Origin: Eledone cirrhosa
Taxonomy: Eukaryota
DNA: 64,000 nucleotides
Reading direction: 5' to 3'
Assembly (NCBI GenBank): GCA_964016885.1
Contig: OZ024755.1
Location: 39,618,001 to 39,682,000, forward strand
The position numbers and the translations under genes are program-made. The notes beneath the pieces were generated by a model. That model had not been told where the DNA came from. It made no database searches and worked only from the letters and a program-made list of their open reading frames with translations. This document shows positions 1-12,958 of this stretch, piece by piece. Numbering within the stretch: the first letter of the stretch is position 1; each line of letters opens with the position of its first letter.

Positions 1-845
1 ATACACACCCTTGTACTTCTTAATGGACAACTCTCTAACCTATAAATGGGAAACATACCCTAGAAATTAGTTATAACTTCATATGATAGGCACGTATTTG
101 ATTCACCATTAATGTAGTTTAGGATAATAATTTAACTAAGATAACTAGCTAGTTACCTCCCCTTACGCTTTAATTCCCCTTAGTCATTCAGACACTTCCG
201 GAATCTAAACAGCATGATCTATTAATTAAGAACCGACTGGATACGGTATATAACTTGATTATATGCTGAACCATCGTGAATTATACGATAGACACGTGTT
301 CTATATATTGTGTCTCATGGATTATGTGAGTGGTGGTGTGAGCAAAGACAGTGGTACGGCTTTGCCTACGATACAATAAGGTTTATAGCATGTTGAAAGT
401 TTTTGATATTTTGGTGTTTCCCAGCATCCGGGACTGTATATCATACGGATGTATGCGAATAAATGACTTAATAATTCAGCCCACATAATAAGATCGATTG
501 CCTGCTTCAACTGCCTGACCCTGCAAATATCATTCTGACGCACTCTAATCATGTATAAATAAGACACGCGTGCATGCTACACATGAGATTGTTTCATACA
601 CCGACTACTCTAAACTCTCCTCTTGCTTTATCTTCATAGACTGCCAACGCTTCATGTTTATCTTTATTTTCAATTTTGTTTTTATTTTTATTTTTATTTT
701 TATTTTTACCCTGTAACATTTATATGTAAATTGCCATGCTATATCATCTGATGAATGTCTCCCCACTGTTGATCAATATGGGCATATGTTATATATGTCT
801 CTTGGGTTGAAAAGGAGGTCAAGTATGTTATAGATCAGTAAATAG

Positions 846-894
846 TTGCTCCGAAGAATCCAAACCTCGGTTTGGAGGAAACAATTGTAAGCAA
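846..894 (+). ncRNA. Minimal type I hammerhead ribozyme (U4C core variant)
   Basis: UUGCU-CCGAAGA-a-UCCAAACC/uc/GGUUUGGA-g-GAAAC-AAUU-GUA|AGCAA. Stems I and II pair perfectly and stem III is palindromic (ACAAUUGU). A degenerate relative lies at 28281-28327. Confidence 0.75.
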
Positions 895-1046
895 ATAAAT
901 GACTTAAACTGAACTTTGATTATTGTAATCTCTATACATATATATATATATATTTATTTAGGTCATTGAAATGATCATAGAATAATAAACCTTTCAAGGA
1001 TTTACACAAGTCCAGCCTCCTGTTAATCTCTCTATATATATATATA

Positions 1047-1132
<86 letters not shown>

Positions 1133-1151
1133 TGTGTGTGTGTCTGTATAA

Positions 1152-1182
<31 letters not shown>

Positions 1183-1229
1183 TTCAAAAATTTAATAAAT
1201 GAGAAAAATTCTCATAATCAAAGTATATA

Positions 1230-1288
1230 TTTTATTATACATATTTCAACGGTAGAATGGTGTTTCAGTACGTTTTCATCAGATAAAA
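1230..1288 (-). ncRNA. Type I hammerhead ribozyme (AUAUAU-stem III family)
   Basis: Reverse complement reads UUUUAU-CUGAUGA-aAACG...CGUU-GAAA-UAUGUA-UA|AUAAAA. The host fragment (~1175-1530) is homologous to ~24690-25100. Confidence 0.75.
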
Positions 1289-1900
1289 TATATAAGAGAT
1301 TGGTTATACGACATACCCCTAAGGTACTTGAATAATCAATCCTTGTAGTGGCAGTAAGTTATTTCACCAACCCTCAACATTTATATACCACAAATAATAT
1401 GATAAACTTAGAGAAGAAGAGGACGTAAAGCAACAACGGACGTTTAAATTGAATAAATAAATACACCCAGTCATGCACACGTATACATAGAAACAGTTAA
1501 TCTTCAGTAAATATGTATGTAAATAAGATTGTATGTATATATATATATTAGGTTGGAAAGAAAGTTCTCGCTGTTGTATATATATATATATATATATACA
1601 CACCGAGCATTATAATAAATGTTCGGTGAATCCATACGTGCATATATATATGTGTGCATGTATGTATATATATATATACATACTACTGTACGTCGGTATA
1701 CATATATGTATGTACGTGTACATACTTATATTTAAGTAACAGCCGTACTAAGAGTGGGAAATGAAATATCGTTTCATTTTTTCCGTTTATCGTTTTCGGT
1801 GCACCCGGCCGATTAACCCACTCGATATGCATATTGGGCTATTCAGCCGTTAATATGCATAAGGTAAGTATATACGTTCAACAATCTGGCAGGAAGGTAT

Positions 1901-1943
1901 ACGTTGCTGACGATAGCTAACAAGCTTGAAACTAGTACAGCGT
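1901..1943 (+). ncRNA. Minimal type I hammerhead ribozyme (422-bp unit, copy 1)
   Basis: ACGUUG-CUGACGA-uAGCU/aaca/AGCUu-GAAA-CUAG-UA|CAGCGU, with palindromic ACUAGU. Confidence 0.85.
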
Positions 1944-2322
1944 TCCTTTGTCAGTGTTGAACAAACGAGCAACGGTGGTTGCTAGACACTACGGCTTAAT
2001 ACGGGATGTTTGTTTACAAACACACCGAGCATTATAATAAATGTTCGGTGAATCCATACGTGCATATATATATGTGTGCATGTATGTATATATATATATA
2101 CATACTACTGTACGTCGGTATACATATATGTATGTACGTGTACATACTTATATTTAAGTAACAGCCGTACTAAGAGTGGGAAATGAAATATCGTTTCATT
2201 TTTTCCGTTTATCGTTTTCGGTGCACCCGGCCGATTAACCCACTCGATATGCATATTGGGCTATTCAGCCGTTAATATGCATAAGGTAAGTATATACGTT
2301 CAACAATCTGGCAGGAAGGTAT

Positions 2323-2365
2323 ACGTTGCTGACGATAGCTAACAAGCTTGAAACTAGTACAGCGT
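2323..2365 (+). ncRNA. Minimal type I hammerhead ribozyme (422-bp unit, copy 2)
   Basis: Identical to 1901-1943. Confidence 0.85.
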
Positions 2366-2744
2366 TCCTTTGTCAGTGTTGAACAAACGAGCAACGGTGG
2401 TTGCTAGACACTACGGCTTAATACGGGATGTTTGTTTACAAACACACCGAGCATTATAATAAATGTTCGGTGAATCCATACGTGCATATATATATGTGTG
2501 CATGTATGTATATATATATATACATACTACTGTACGTCGGTATACATATATGTATGTACGTGTACATACTTATATTTAAGTAACAGCCGTACTAAGAGTG
2601 GGAAATGAAATATCGTTTCATTTTTTCCGTTTATCGTTTTCGGTGCACCCGGCCGATTAACCCACTCGATATGCATATTGGGCTATTCAGCCGTTAATAT
2701 GCATAAGGTAAGTATATACGTTCAACAATCTGGCAGGAAGGTAT

Positions 2745-2787
2745 ACGTTGCTGACGATAGCTAACAAGCTTGAAACTAGTACAGCGT
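2745..2787 (+). ncRNA. Minimal type I hammerhead ribozyme (422-bp unit, copy 3)
   Basis: Identical to 1901-1943. Confidence 0.85.
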
Positions 2788-3119
2788 TCCTTTGTCAGTG
2801 TTGAACAAACGAGCAACGGTGGTTGCTAGACACTACGGCTTAATACGGGATGTTTGTTTACAAACACACCGAGCATTATAATAAATGTTCGGTGAATCCA
2901 TACGTGCATATATATATGTGTGCATGTATGTATATATATATATACATACTACTGTACGTCGGTATACATATATGTATGTACGTGTACATACTTATATTTA
3001 AGTAACAGCCGTACTAAGAGTGGGAAATGAAATATCGTTTCATTTTTTCCGTTTATATATATATATATATATATATATAGTGACGAAACATAAGTCAATT
3101 GCATGAACTCATAATGGTT

Positions 3120-3187
<68 letters not shown>

Positions 3188-3343
3188 TAGGTTGCAAAGA
3201 AAGTTCTCGCTGTTATATATATATATATATACACCATGTACGGCAACACTCATCTTTTTCCATTTCTCCGAGGGTTATAAACCCCACTATCAGGCTAGAA
3301 ATTTCTTTAGTCTAAAAATACGGTGAAAGCTTATAATTTCTAA

Positions 3344-3382
<39 letters not shown>

Positions 3383-3388
<6 letters not shown>

Positions 3389-3810
3389 GTTGCAAAGAAA
3401 GTTCTTGCTGTTTATCAAATTGTTATTTACTTTGGCGTTTTTTAACTTTAAGAAAGTTTTACATGTCAAGAAAATCGCCATCATTTGTGATAATCGTCTG
3501 CCATCGTTTAAGAAGGAACATGATTTTATTCCTGAAGTATGCTTCTGGCATCGATGGAAAGAATTCCGTGAGCCACCGATTTAAGTGGTGTTCATTGGCG
3601 ATAGTCTTTGACTGCAAGTGATTGAGGATGGTTATTCTCGATGATCCAGGTACTTCGGAGGGTTGAAGTTGTGTCTGGCGCCAGCTAACACAGATCTCGT
3701 CATTGAAGTCGGATGGACGTCCTGAGCGACATAGATCTTTATGGACGTAATTACCGTAACGGACGCTTACAAACTAGTCCTTGACATTATAGCTTCACTC
3801 CATCACTAGC
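3383..3810 (-). mobile_element. Internally deleted mariner transposon relic
   Basis: Terminal inverted repeat (TIR)-like TATTAGGTTGCAAAGAAAGTTC at a TA. Minus-strand remnants PEAYFRNKIMFLLKRWQTIITNDGDF (mariner C-terminus) and DLCRSGRPSDFNDE (post-HTH GRP motif). Confidence 0.75.
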
Positions 3811-3965
3811 TACACCCCCTTCTCCCCCCCCCCCCCCCGTACTCTCCTCCCATCATGAAGAAGCTATGAATAACGGTATATACGAATGTTATCATTTTTC
3901 ACTCCTGATCCTGATTATATTGTACGAATGAAACAGTTCTAGTGCTATAGGAATCACATTACACA

Positions 3966-4054
<89 letters not shown>

Positions 4055-4073
4055 ATAATATGAATATATATAC

Positions 4074-4112
<39 letters not shown>

Positions 4113-4154
4113 TTGCATATATATATATGTGTATAATATGAATATATATATAAC

Positions 4155-4339
4155 GGCGGTGGATTGGCAGTATCGGTAGAGGGTCGGACGCCATGCTTTC
4201 CAGCATAGTTACGTCCCTTTACGATCTGAGTTCAAATCCTGCCGAGGTTAACTTTGCCTTTCATCCTTACGGGGTCGATAAAATAAAGTACCAGTAATGA
4301 ACTGGGTAATTGCTGGCCTTGTGCCTAAAGTAGAAACAA
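4155..4339 (+). mobile_element. tRNA-derived SINE (~185 bp)
   Basis: A box TGGCAGTATCGG, B box GAGTTCAAATCC and central GCCTTTCATCCTTACGGGGTCGATAAAATAAAGTACCAG (resembles the MetaSINE core). About 10 copies in the window. Confidence 0.85.
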
Positions 4340-4435
4340 ATATGAATATATATACATAAATATATATATATATATATATATGCACACATATATATGCACA
4401 TATATATATATATATATAAATATATATATATGCAC

Positions 4436-4466
<31 letters not shown>

Positions 4467-4488
4467 TATATATATATATATATATATG

Positions 4489-4546
<58 letters not shown>

Positions 4547-4601
4547 TGAATATATGACATATATATATATATATATATATGACATATATATATATATATA
4601 T

Positions 4602-4712
<111 letters not shown>

Positions 4713-4744
4713 AATGAAAGGTATAGAAAACATTGTAGCAAGAA

Positions 4745-4787
<43 letters not shown>

Positions 4788-4855
4788 AATATGTATATAT
4801 GCATATAGATATATAGATATATATACATACACATACATATATAATGTATATAATA

Positions 4856-4890
<35 letters not shown>

Positions 4891-5127
4891 TTATTTATAT
4901 ATTTATTTATATATTAAGAGTTTGATTCATCTCTGCATTACTAACGGTTTCTAGGCGTCATTACATCTGTATCATCAGATACACAGGAGACTGTTAATAC
5001 TCTCACACAAATTCCACATTATTCGTTAAATACTCATTTCTTTCGTTCGTGCCAACACATGTATATAATCACACATTCACTACCTCACTCTCATCATCTC
5101 ATTCTACACACACGCACACACACACAC

Positions 5128-5158
<31 letters not shown>

Positions 5159-5963
5159 TACATACACACCTGCACACCTATGTATGTAGGCATATGTATA
5201 ATTTAATTTTATTTTTTATATGTGTATTATTCTATACATACACATATATATATATATATGTGTGTGTGTGTGTTGTGTATGTGTGTATGTGTGTGTATGT
5301 ATATGTATATGTATATGTATACATGTCTATATGTGTTTATGTATGTATATGTATATGGGTATGTATTTATGCATATATGTATGTATATGTATGTATATAT
5401 GTATACGTATGTATGTATATATGTATATGTATATATGTATATGTATGTATATATTTATATGTATATATACATATGTATATATGTATATGTATATATGTAT
5501 ACGTATGTATGTATTAAAGTCTTATATTTCTTTATTTAGATAATTTTAATTGATGTAGATAATCGTGAACAAAGAGAGGGCATGGTTATAATGGACGCCG
5601 AGAAGACAGCTTGCTGAGAACTTTGTAGAACTTTCCAAGATGGTGGAAGACAACAAAAGACGCGAATAAATGGAATATTGTTAGACTTTTTAGAACTAAG
5701 ATCAATATTTGCTTATTTCATCATGTGCTCTCATTGTTTAATGGATATCAAGGGTAGAAAGAGAGAGAGAGGGGGGATATGATAGAGGGAGAGAGAAAGG
5801 CATTAACAGAGGGGAGAGATACAGACACACATAGAGTGAGAGAGAGAGAGAGAGAGAAATAGAGAGAGAGAGAGAGAGAAAATATGATAGAGGGAGATAG
5901 ATAGACATTAACAGAGAGAGAGAGAGAGACAGACACACATAGAGTGAGAGAGAGAGAGACATT

Positions 5964-6019
<56 letters not shown>

Positions 6020-6774
6020 TACATATTGTGAGAGAGTAACTGGGGGCGAAAGAAAGAGAGAGAAAGGGGGAGAGAAATAGAAAAAGAGAGAGAGATAGAG
6101 AAAATGAGAAAGAGAGAAAGAGAGAGACTGAGAGACAGAAAGAAGAGAAGTCTAAAGATTTGTGTTAAATTTTTGTTAATATATCTCAGTTATATTTCCA
6201 ATCGAATGTTGATTAAAGAAACATCCGTTGTATCTAATGAGAAAAGCTGTATTTTCAGAATAGTTTTATGTTTCCATTGTAAACGATTGTGTCACTGTCA
6301 AAGAACTTCCCAATCCATCGTTGTTGAGATAATATGACAATATTATTGTATATTTCTGTGATCATAATAATGAAATAAAATTGTAAATTATGTCTTTTGA
6401 GAAGTTGTTTTATTTTCTTCGATGAAAGTTGCACAAAATAAACTTTGCAAAAGATGCAAATATATTCTAGATATGATAGATAAATGCAAATATAAGGAAG
6501 GAAATTGGCGCAAGAAGATATTTAATGATTGAGCAAAGAGATAGAAGCTGAAATCAATAGTTTATATGGTTGAAGATTATTATGGGTTTGTTCGCTGAGG
6601 CGATAAAACAAATGAGAATGAAGAAGTTAAGAATCTGAACATTAACGTACTTTGTTTTATTGCGTGGCTTTCAGACACATGGCGTTTTTCTTTATGCTGA
6701 GGAGGGGTGTTCTCCGAGTGTGCGCCAGAGTATGTGTGTGTTGGTATTTTCATAGCAGTGTCCACCTCAAATAG

Positions 6775-6827
<53 letters not shown>

Positions 6828-6909
6828 GTTATTCCGGGTTGAATCGGAGGTAACCACAGTAAGTAAGGTACTCAATACATTGCAGAGTATAAAAGTTTTA
6901 ATATAGATG

Positions 6910-6960
6910 AGATTCTACAGGACTAGAACTGTTTCATTCTTTAGAAATCATCAGGAATCT
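6910..6960 (-). ncRNA. Type I hammerhead ribozyme
   Basis: Reverse complement of 7144-7194. Confidence 0.85.
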
Positions 6961-7143
6961 GGGTATCAAAAAATAAGTATGGTATTTATAGGTCTCTACA
7001 AGTGGTAGGAGAGGGTGGGGAGTGGGATGGGTGTAGGTCATTGGTTGATTTTCTATCAACCAATGACCTACACCCATCCCACTCCCCACCCTCTCCTACC
7101 ACTTGTAGAGACCTATAAATACCATACTTATTTTTTGATACCC

Positions 7144-7194
7144 AGATTCCTGATGATTTCTAAAGAATGAAACAGTTCTAGTCCTGTAGAATCT
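7144..7194 (+). ncRNA. Type I hammerhead ribozyme
   Basis: AGAUUC-CUGAUGA-uUUC/uaaa/GAAu-GAAACAG-uucuaguc-CUGUA|GAAUCU. Confidence 0.88.
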
Positions 7195-7304
7195 CATCTA
7201 TATTAAAACTATATATATATATATATATATATATAAATATATAAAATTGAAAAGTGAAGAATAACATGGTCAACGGTACAAAAAAAAAAGGGATTTATTT
7301 ACAG

Positions 7305-7408
7305 TCTGACAATTGTTTCACTGGTTAAGTTGTCTAAATATTGCTGAACACTGGAAGCAGTGCCACTCAATTTTGAATACGATGTTAGATTAACCAGATC
7401 ATCCGAGA
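7305..7408 (-). ncRNA. Hammerhead-like motif with long stem II (CGGAUGA core variant) in a fold-back element (~7245-7780)
   Basis: Reverse complement: UCU-CGGAUGA-uCUGGUUAA...(long insert)...UUAACCAGu-GAAAC-AAUU-GUC|AGA. The inverted arm at ~7485-7610 carries the 3' half. Confidence 0.6.
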
Positions 7409-7806
7409 TAACTACAATATACACATTAAATTCAAATTACAACATCATTATGATGCAGTAACTTGAATTTAACGTGTATATATTGAAATTGAGTGGCACT
7501 GCTTCTGGTGTTCAGCAATTTTTAGACAACTTAACCAGTGAAACAATTGTTAGACTGTAAATAAATCCCCTTTTTCGTACTGTTGACCATGTTATTCTTC
7601 ACGTTTTTAATTGTATTACTCCAAGATAAACTTACATAGGAATACAAGTGAAATAACAAACTCGCCACCTACGTAAACCTCTTGTTGAGTAAAACAACGC
7701 CGTACGCTAAAACTCTCCATAATAATAAGTGTTCACAACCTCTAACTGGATTACCTATAACGATATTTTGTTATCCCTTATATATATATATATATGTGTG
7801 TGTATG

Positions 7807-7867
<61 letters not shown>

Positions 7868-8046
7868 ATGTATTTATATATATATGTGTGTGTGTGTGTG
7901 TAAATACGTACAGAGTTAGTGAAGGAGAGAGACAGACAGATTGATTGTTAAATAGATGCTACGTAGACAAACAGACAGACAGACCTTCAGAAAGGTATGT
8001 GCATAGATTGAGAGTTAGACAGGTTGATAGCTAGATAGATAGACAG

Positions 8047-8119
<73 letters not shown>

Positions 8120-8431
8120 AAGAAGTGGAGGTCAATAGGTTAAAATTAACTGTATTCATCCATATTCGGTGTTATATATATTTCGGTGATAAACAAATTT
8201 ATATATATACATATGTTAAGTATTTCCGAAGAAAAAAACAAAGGAAAAAAAAGAGACCTATTTAATTAGAAAGTTAACACAATATATATATATATATATA
8301 TATATATTTAGAAACACACAGATACATGCGGACACAGACATATATACATGAATGCATCCGCACCCAACTGTGAGTTAAGGATTCTTTCTCACGTCGTGTA
8401 GACGCGTTCTTGAGACTAGTAAAATGAGGTA

Positions 8432-8519
8432 TCCTCTTGATAAGTCGGCAGACCTCGCAAGGACTCTATATCTTTGATATATTGTTTTTGTTTATGCCAC
8501 GAAACTACGTAGTCGAGGA
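8432..8519 (+). ncRNA. Type I hammerhead ribozyme, U3-A8 core variant
   Basis: UCCUC-UUGAUAA-GUcGGCA...UGCCAC-GAAAC-UACGUA-GUC|GAGGA, with palindromic ACUACGUAGU. Confidence 0.8.
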
Positions 8520-9022
8520 ATTTAGGAACAGTTTAGGTATGATACATTTTATTACTAATTATATCTAAATGTTTCTTCTCTCTTCATAATGTATTTTTAA
8601 CTCTGATACTGGTTCAGTCTAGTTCAAACTGAATTGGTCTGTCCCAGTCATTCATTGAGCAACATCGGTGAAGTTGGCACCCTTAACTCACAGTTGGGTG
8701 CGGATGCATTCATGTATATATGTGTGTGTCCGCATGTATCTGTGTGTTTCTAAATATATTAATAACTCCCTCTGGTCGAGCAATCTTTGAAGTGTGGGGA
8801 CAACTGGAAAGCTTCCATTACTCATACTTCTCGCCTTCTTCACTACCTCTTCTGCGGCCTCGATATGAATACCCCCTCCGCCTCCGTGGTATTTTCTTCG
8901 TGGTTATAAGAGGCTTAGCTCTGTTTCTCGACCGTTATATCGCGTGACTATCTCCCCCTCCGCCTTTTGGGATTCTTTCTCACGTCGTGTAGACGCGTTC
9001 TTGAGACTAGTAAAATGAGGTA

Positions 9023-9110
9023 TCCTCTTGATAAGTCGGCAGACCTCGCAAGGACTCTATATCTTTGATATATTGTTTTTGTTTATGCCACGAAACTACG
9101 TAGTCGAGGA
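9023..9110 (+). ncRNA. Type I hammerhead ribozyme, U3-A8 variant (copy 2)
   Basis: Identical to 8432-8519. Confidence 0.8.
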
Positions 9111-9179
9111 ATTTAGGAACAGTTTAGGTATGATACATTTTATTACTAATTATATCTAAATGTTTCTTCTCTCTTCATA

Positions 9180-9251
<72 letters not shown>

Positions 9252-9256
<5 letters not shown>

Positions 9257-10332
9257 GAGAGAAGAAACATTAGATATAATTAATAATAAGATATACCATA
9301 CCCAAATTCCTTCTTTACTCATCGACTACGTAGTTTCGTGGCATATTATGCAAAAACACTATATCACAGAGATATAGAATTTTTGTGAGGTCTGCCGACT
9401 TATCAAGAGGATACCTCATTAAGAGTTTCAAAACACGTCCGTAGGACGCGAGATAGAATCCCGAAAGGCGGGGAGGGAGTCAATCACGTGATACAGTGGT
9501 CAAGAAACAGAGCTAAGCCTCTTATAACCATGAAAAAAATACCACGGAGGCGGAGGGGTACTTATATCAAAGCCGTAGAAGAGGTGGCTAAGATGGCGAG
9601 AAGTATGAGTAATGGTAGCTTTCCAGCAGTCACTACACTTCAATGGTTACTCTACCATAGGGAGTTATAAACAATATATAGAAACACACAGATACATGCG
9701 GACACATACATATACATGAATATATCCACATATATCTTTGAATTAGTGGTGCCAACCTCAACCGATATTGCTCTGTGAATAACTGGGACAAAATAATCCG
9801 AATGGATTAGATTGAATCAGTATCAGAGCTATATAATACATTATAAAGAGAGAAGAAACATTAGATATAATTAATAATAAGATATACCATACCTAAAGTC
9901 CTTTTTTACTCCTCGACTACGTAGTTTCGTGGCATATTATGCAAAAACACTACATCACAGACATATAGATTTTTTATGAGGTCTGCCGACTTTTCAAGAG
10001 GATACCTCATTAAGAGTTTCAAAACACGTCCGTAGGACGCGAGATAGAATCCCGAAAGGCGGAGGGAGTCAATCACGTGATACAGCGGTCAAGAAACGGA
10101 GATAAGCCTCTTATAAACATGAAAAACATACCACGGAGTATATCTAATGTTTCTTCTCTCTTCATAATATATTATATAGCTCTGATACTGAATCAATCTA
10201 ATCCATTCGGATTATTTTGTCCCAGTTATTCATAGAGCAACATCGGTTGAGGTTGGCACCACTAATTCGAAGATGTATGTGGATATATTCATGTATATGT
10301 ATGTGTCCGCATGTATCTGTGTGTTTCTATAT

Positions 10333-10337
<5 letters not shown>
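9252..10337 (-). mobile_element. Diverged sister of the 591-bp family (~1.5 units, minus strand) with an inverted terminal segment
   Basis: HHRs at 9319-9411 and 9910-10002 (minus strand, 591 apart). 10139-10337 is inverted relative to ~9672-9870. Confidence 0.8.
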
Positions 10338-10370
<33 letters not shown>

Positions 10371-10448
10371 GTGACAGAGATATACACATATAGACGGGAA
10401 GACAGGTGGTGAAACAGAGATAGGCATATATATATATATATATAAAAC

Positions 10449-10631
10449 TGTTTCTACTTTTGGCACAAGGCCAGCAATTACCCAGTACATTACTGGTACT
10501 TTATTTTATCGACCCCGTAAGGATGAAAGGCAAAGTTAACCTCGACGGGATTTGAACTCAAACCGTAAAGGGACGTAACTATGCTAGAAAGCATGGCGTC
10601 CAACCCTCTACTGATACTGCCAATTCACCGC
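10449..10631 (-). mobile_element. tRNA-derived SINE
   Basis: Reverse-complement match to 4155-4339. Confidence 0.85.
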
Positions 10632-10683
<52 letters not shown>

Positions 10684-10686
<3 letters not shown>

Positions 10687-10823
10687 TAAGGGCAGCAGCA
10701 ACAAACTCCCTCCTACACCAGTGGCCAACCTATACAGGCTGGAGATAAAATGTGTAGCAACAAGGGCGGTGCCCCAGCATGGCCTCAGCCGGATGGCTGA
10801 AACAGGTAAAAGAGGTAAAAGAG
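10684..10823 (+). mobile_element. 3' end of the CR1-like LINE family
   Basis: Matches ~35785-35925 (GCAGCAAC..ACTCCCTC..GGAGATAAAATGTGTAGCAACAAGGGCGG..CAGGTAAAAGA). Confidence 0.8.
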
Positions 10824-10895
10824 TATATATATATACTTATATATATATAAATATGTATCTGCATATGTTTATATATATATATATATATATATATA

Positions 10896-10983
<88 letters not shown>

Positions 10984-11024
10984 AGTATATATACTTATAT
11001 ATATATAAATATGTATCTGCATAT

Positions 11025-11061
<37 letters not shown>

Positions 11062-11064
<3 letters not shown>

Positions 11065-11584
11065 CGGCGATGAATTAGTTTTGCGCGGTTTTTTATATCA
11101 AATCGTGTGTCGAAACAAATATTGTTATACTTGGGGATGGTCATTTTGTGTAATATTGTTAGAATTAATAACAGAACACACTCACTGTTTGGTTGGTTTT
11201 CGCTTCTGTGTGTTTATATCGGTTAATTTAATTTATTCGGTCCTCAATATTTACCATTGACTGACCAACGGTCCAGAATACAGATCTTTCGTTGCACATC
11301 TGCAACATCGTCAATGGTGCTATTATGTTTCCTCCTGTTGTATTGTATGCCTACGCCATCTTTATTTAGTCTGTTTATTTAGAACTTTGTTAGACTATAT
11401 GTATGTTTTTGTGTATATATTATACCTGTAATTTTTACCGTTGGTCAGTCAATGGTAAACATTGAGGACCACATAGATTAAATTAACCGATATAAAAGAC
11501 ACAGAAGCGAAAACCAACCAAACAGTGAGTGTGTTCTGTTATTAATTCTGGCAATATTATTACACAAATATGACCCTCCCCAAG

Positions 11585-11590
<6 letters not shown>
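11062..11590. mobile_element. Penelope-like terminal-repeat/promoter cassette, fold-back
   Basis: ~11125-11275 is inverted at ~11440-11588. Related copies lie at 30380-30662, 31428-31655, 46085-46668 and 62589-63210. HHR-like 3' half GAAAC.AATATTGTT. Confidence 0.65.
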
Positions 11591-11677
<87 letters not shown>

Positions 11678-11716
11678 CTATATATATAAATATATATATA
11701 TACACATATATACACC

Positions 11717-11795
<79 letters not shown>

Positions 11796-12609
11796 AGATA
11801 GGTAGAGAAACCGCTATAGATAGATAAATAGAAATTGTAAAATGATTCGTATTATTTTGTTGAAAGGAAAAAATCAATAAACTTTATTTAATTTTACATG
11901 CTAATTTTTAACCTCGATTTTATATACTAATTATTTATTTATCATCGTTAATTTTATTGTCATTTTCTTATTGTCCATCTACACTCCCTCTGGATTAATA
12001 AAAATGTTAGAATAGTAAATTTCGAATAAATAATTTGGTTTATATTCTGTTTAATTCAATGTTTGGTATACTAATTGCTTTAGTAAAACTGAGCAGCAAT
12101 AACATTTCCTAATAGATCCTACTGATAAGATGCTCACGTGTCAGACATCAGATATATGTTGTTTCTTGGTCTCTGTGGACGACAGAATATTCAATGTCTT
12201 ACCTCGGGGGATACCGAGGGAAATGTGCTGAAAGAACCTGTTCAACACGTGCTGCTCCTTCTTACGAATGACTATCTCTGTTCCAATCTGGAAATCCAGA
12301 ACATTAGATATGTCCAAGGTTATCGGTTGGACGTTAAATTTATCTGATCTCGACTGGTACTTCGAATATAGCTAGTAAATTGTATGGTTTTAATGTTGAA
12401 GGGAGGTTAACAGAACGAAATGCGAGGATATAATATAATTGTTAACAGTGCTATTGGAACATTTATCAAAACTGTAGCAAGGTATCGATTTTAAATCAGT
12501 GGTAATCGATCTAACCTAATGAGCTGACATCAGGTTTACTGAACAATCTGAAGACATATTTATCAAATAATTTCTACAGCTTATATTAAATACGTTTCCA
12601 ATATCATAA

Positions 12610-12958
12610 TTGTTTCTACTTTTGGCACAAGGCCAGTAATTACCCCAGTGCATTACTGGTACTTTATTTTATAGAAACCGTAAGGATGAAAGGCAAAGTT
12701 AAACTTGGCGGGATTTGAACTCAGAACGTAAAGGGCCGTAATTATATGCTGCAAAGCATGTTTCCTGACACTCTACTGATTTCATAATCGTTTCTACTTT
12801 TGGCACAAGACCAGCAATTACCCAGTGCGTTACTGGTACTTTATTTTATCGACCCCGTAAGGATGAAAGGCAAAGTTAACCTCGACAGGATTTAAACTCA
12901 GACCGTAAATGTCATAACTCTCTGTTGCAAAGCATAGCGTCTAATGCTCTACCGATTT
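12610..12958 (-). mobile_element. Two tandem tRNA-derived SINE copies
   Basis: 12610-12783 and 12789-12958 both match the SINE consensus. Confidence 0.85.

Larger units (their letters stand above)
1597..3056 (+). repeat. 422-bp tandem array (~3.45 apparently identical units) carrying one HHR per unit; retrozyme-like
   Basis: CACCGAGCATTATAATAAATG recurs at 1601, 2023, 2445 and 2867. The array is flanked by (TA)n on both sides. Confidence 0.93.
6826..7210. mobile_element. Fold-back Penelope-like terminal-repeat (pLTR) element with an HHR in each arm
   Basis: Perfect inverted repeat 6894-7049 / 7055-7210 with a 5-nt loop, flanked by (TA)n. Same family as 31660-31870. Confidence 0.85.
8305..9183 (+). 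mobile_element. 591-bp-period retrozyme-like unit (about 1.35 copies) with an inverted 5' stub
   Basis: ATTCTTTCTCACGTCGTGTAG at 8381 and 8972. 8305-8380 is the inverted copy of ~8680-8757. (TA)n flanks. Confidence 0.85.

Noticed and set aside
3906-3955. HHR copy of the 7-kb family
   Set aside because: The core is mutated (CUGAUUA) and the stems are disrupted, so it is counted only as a relic.
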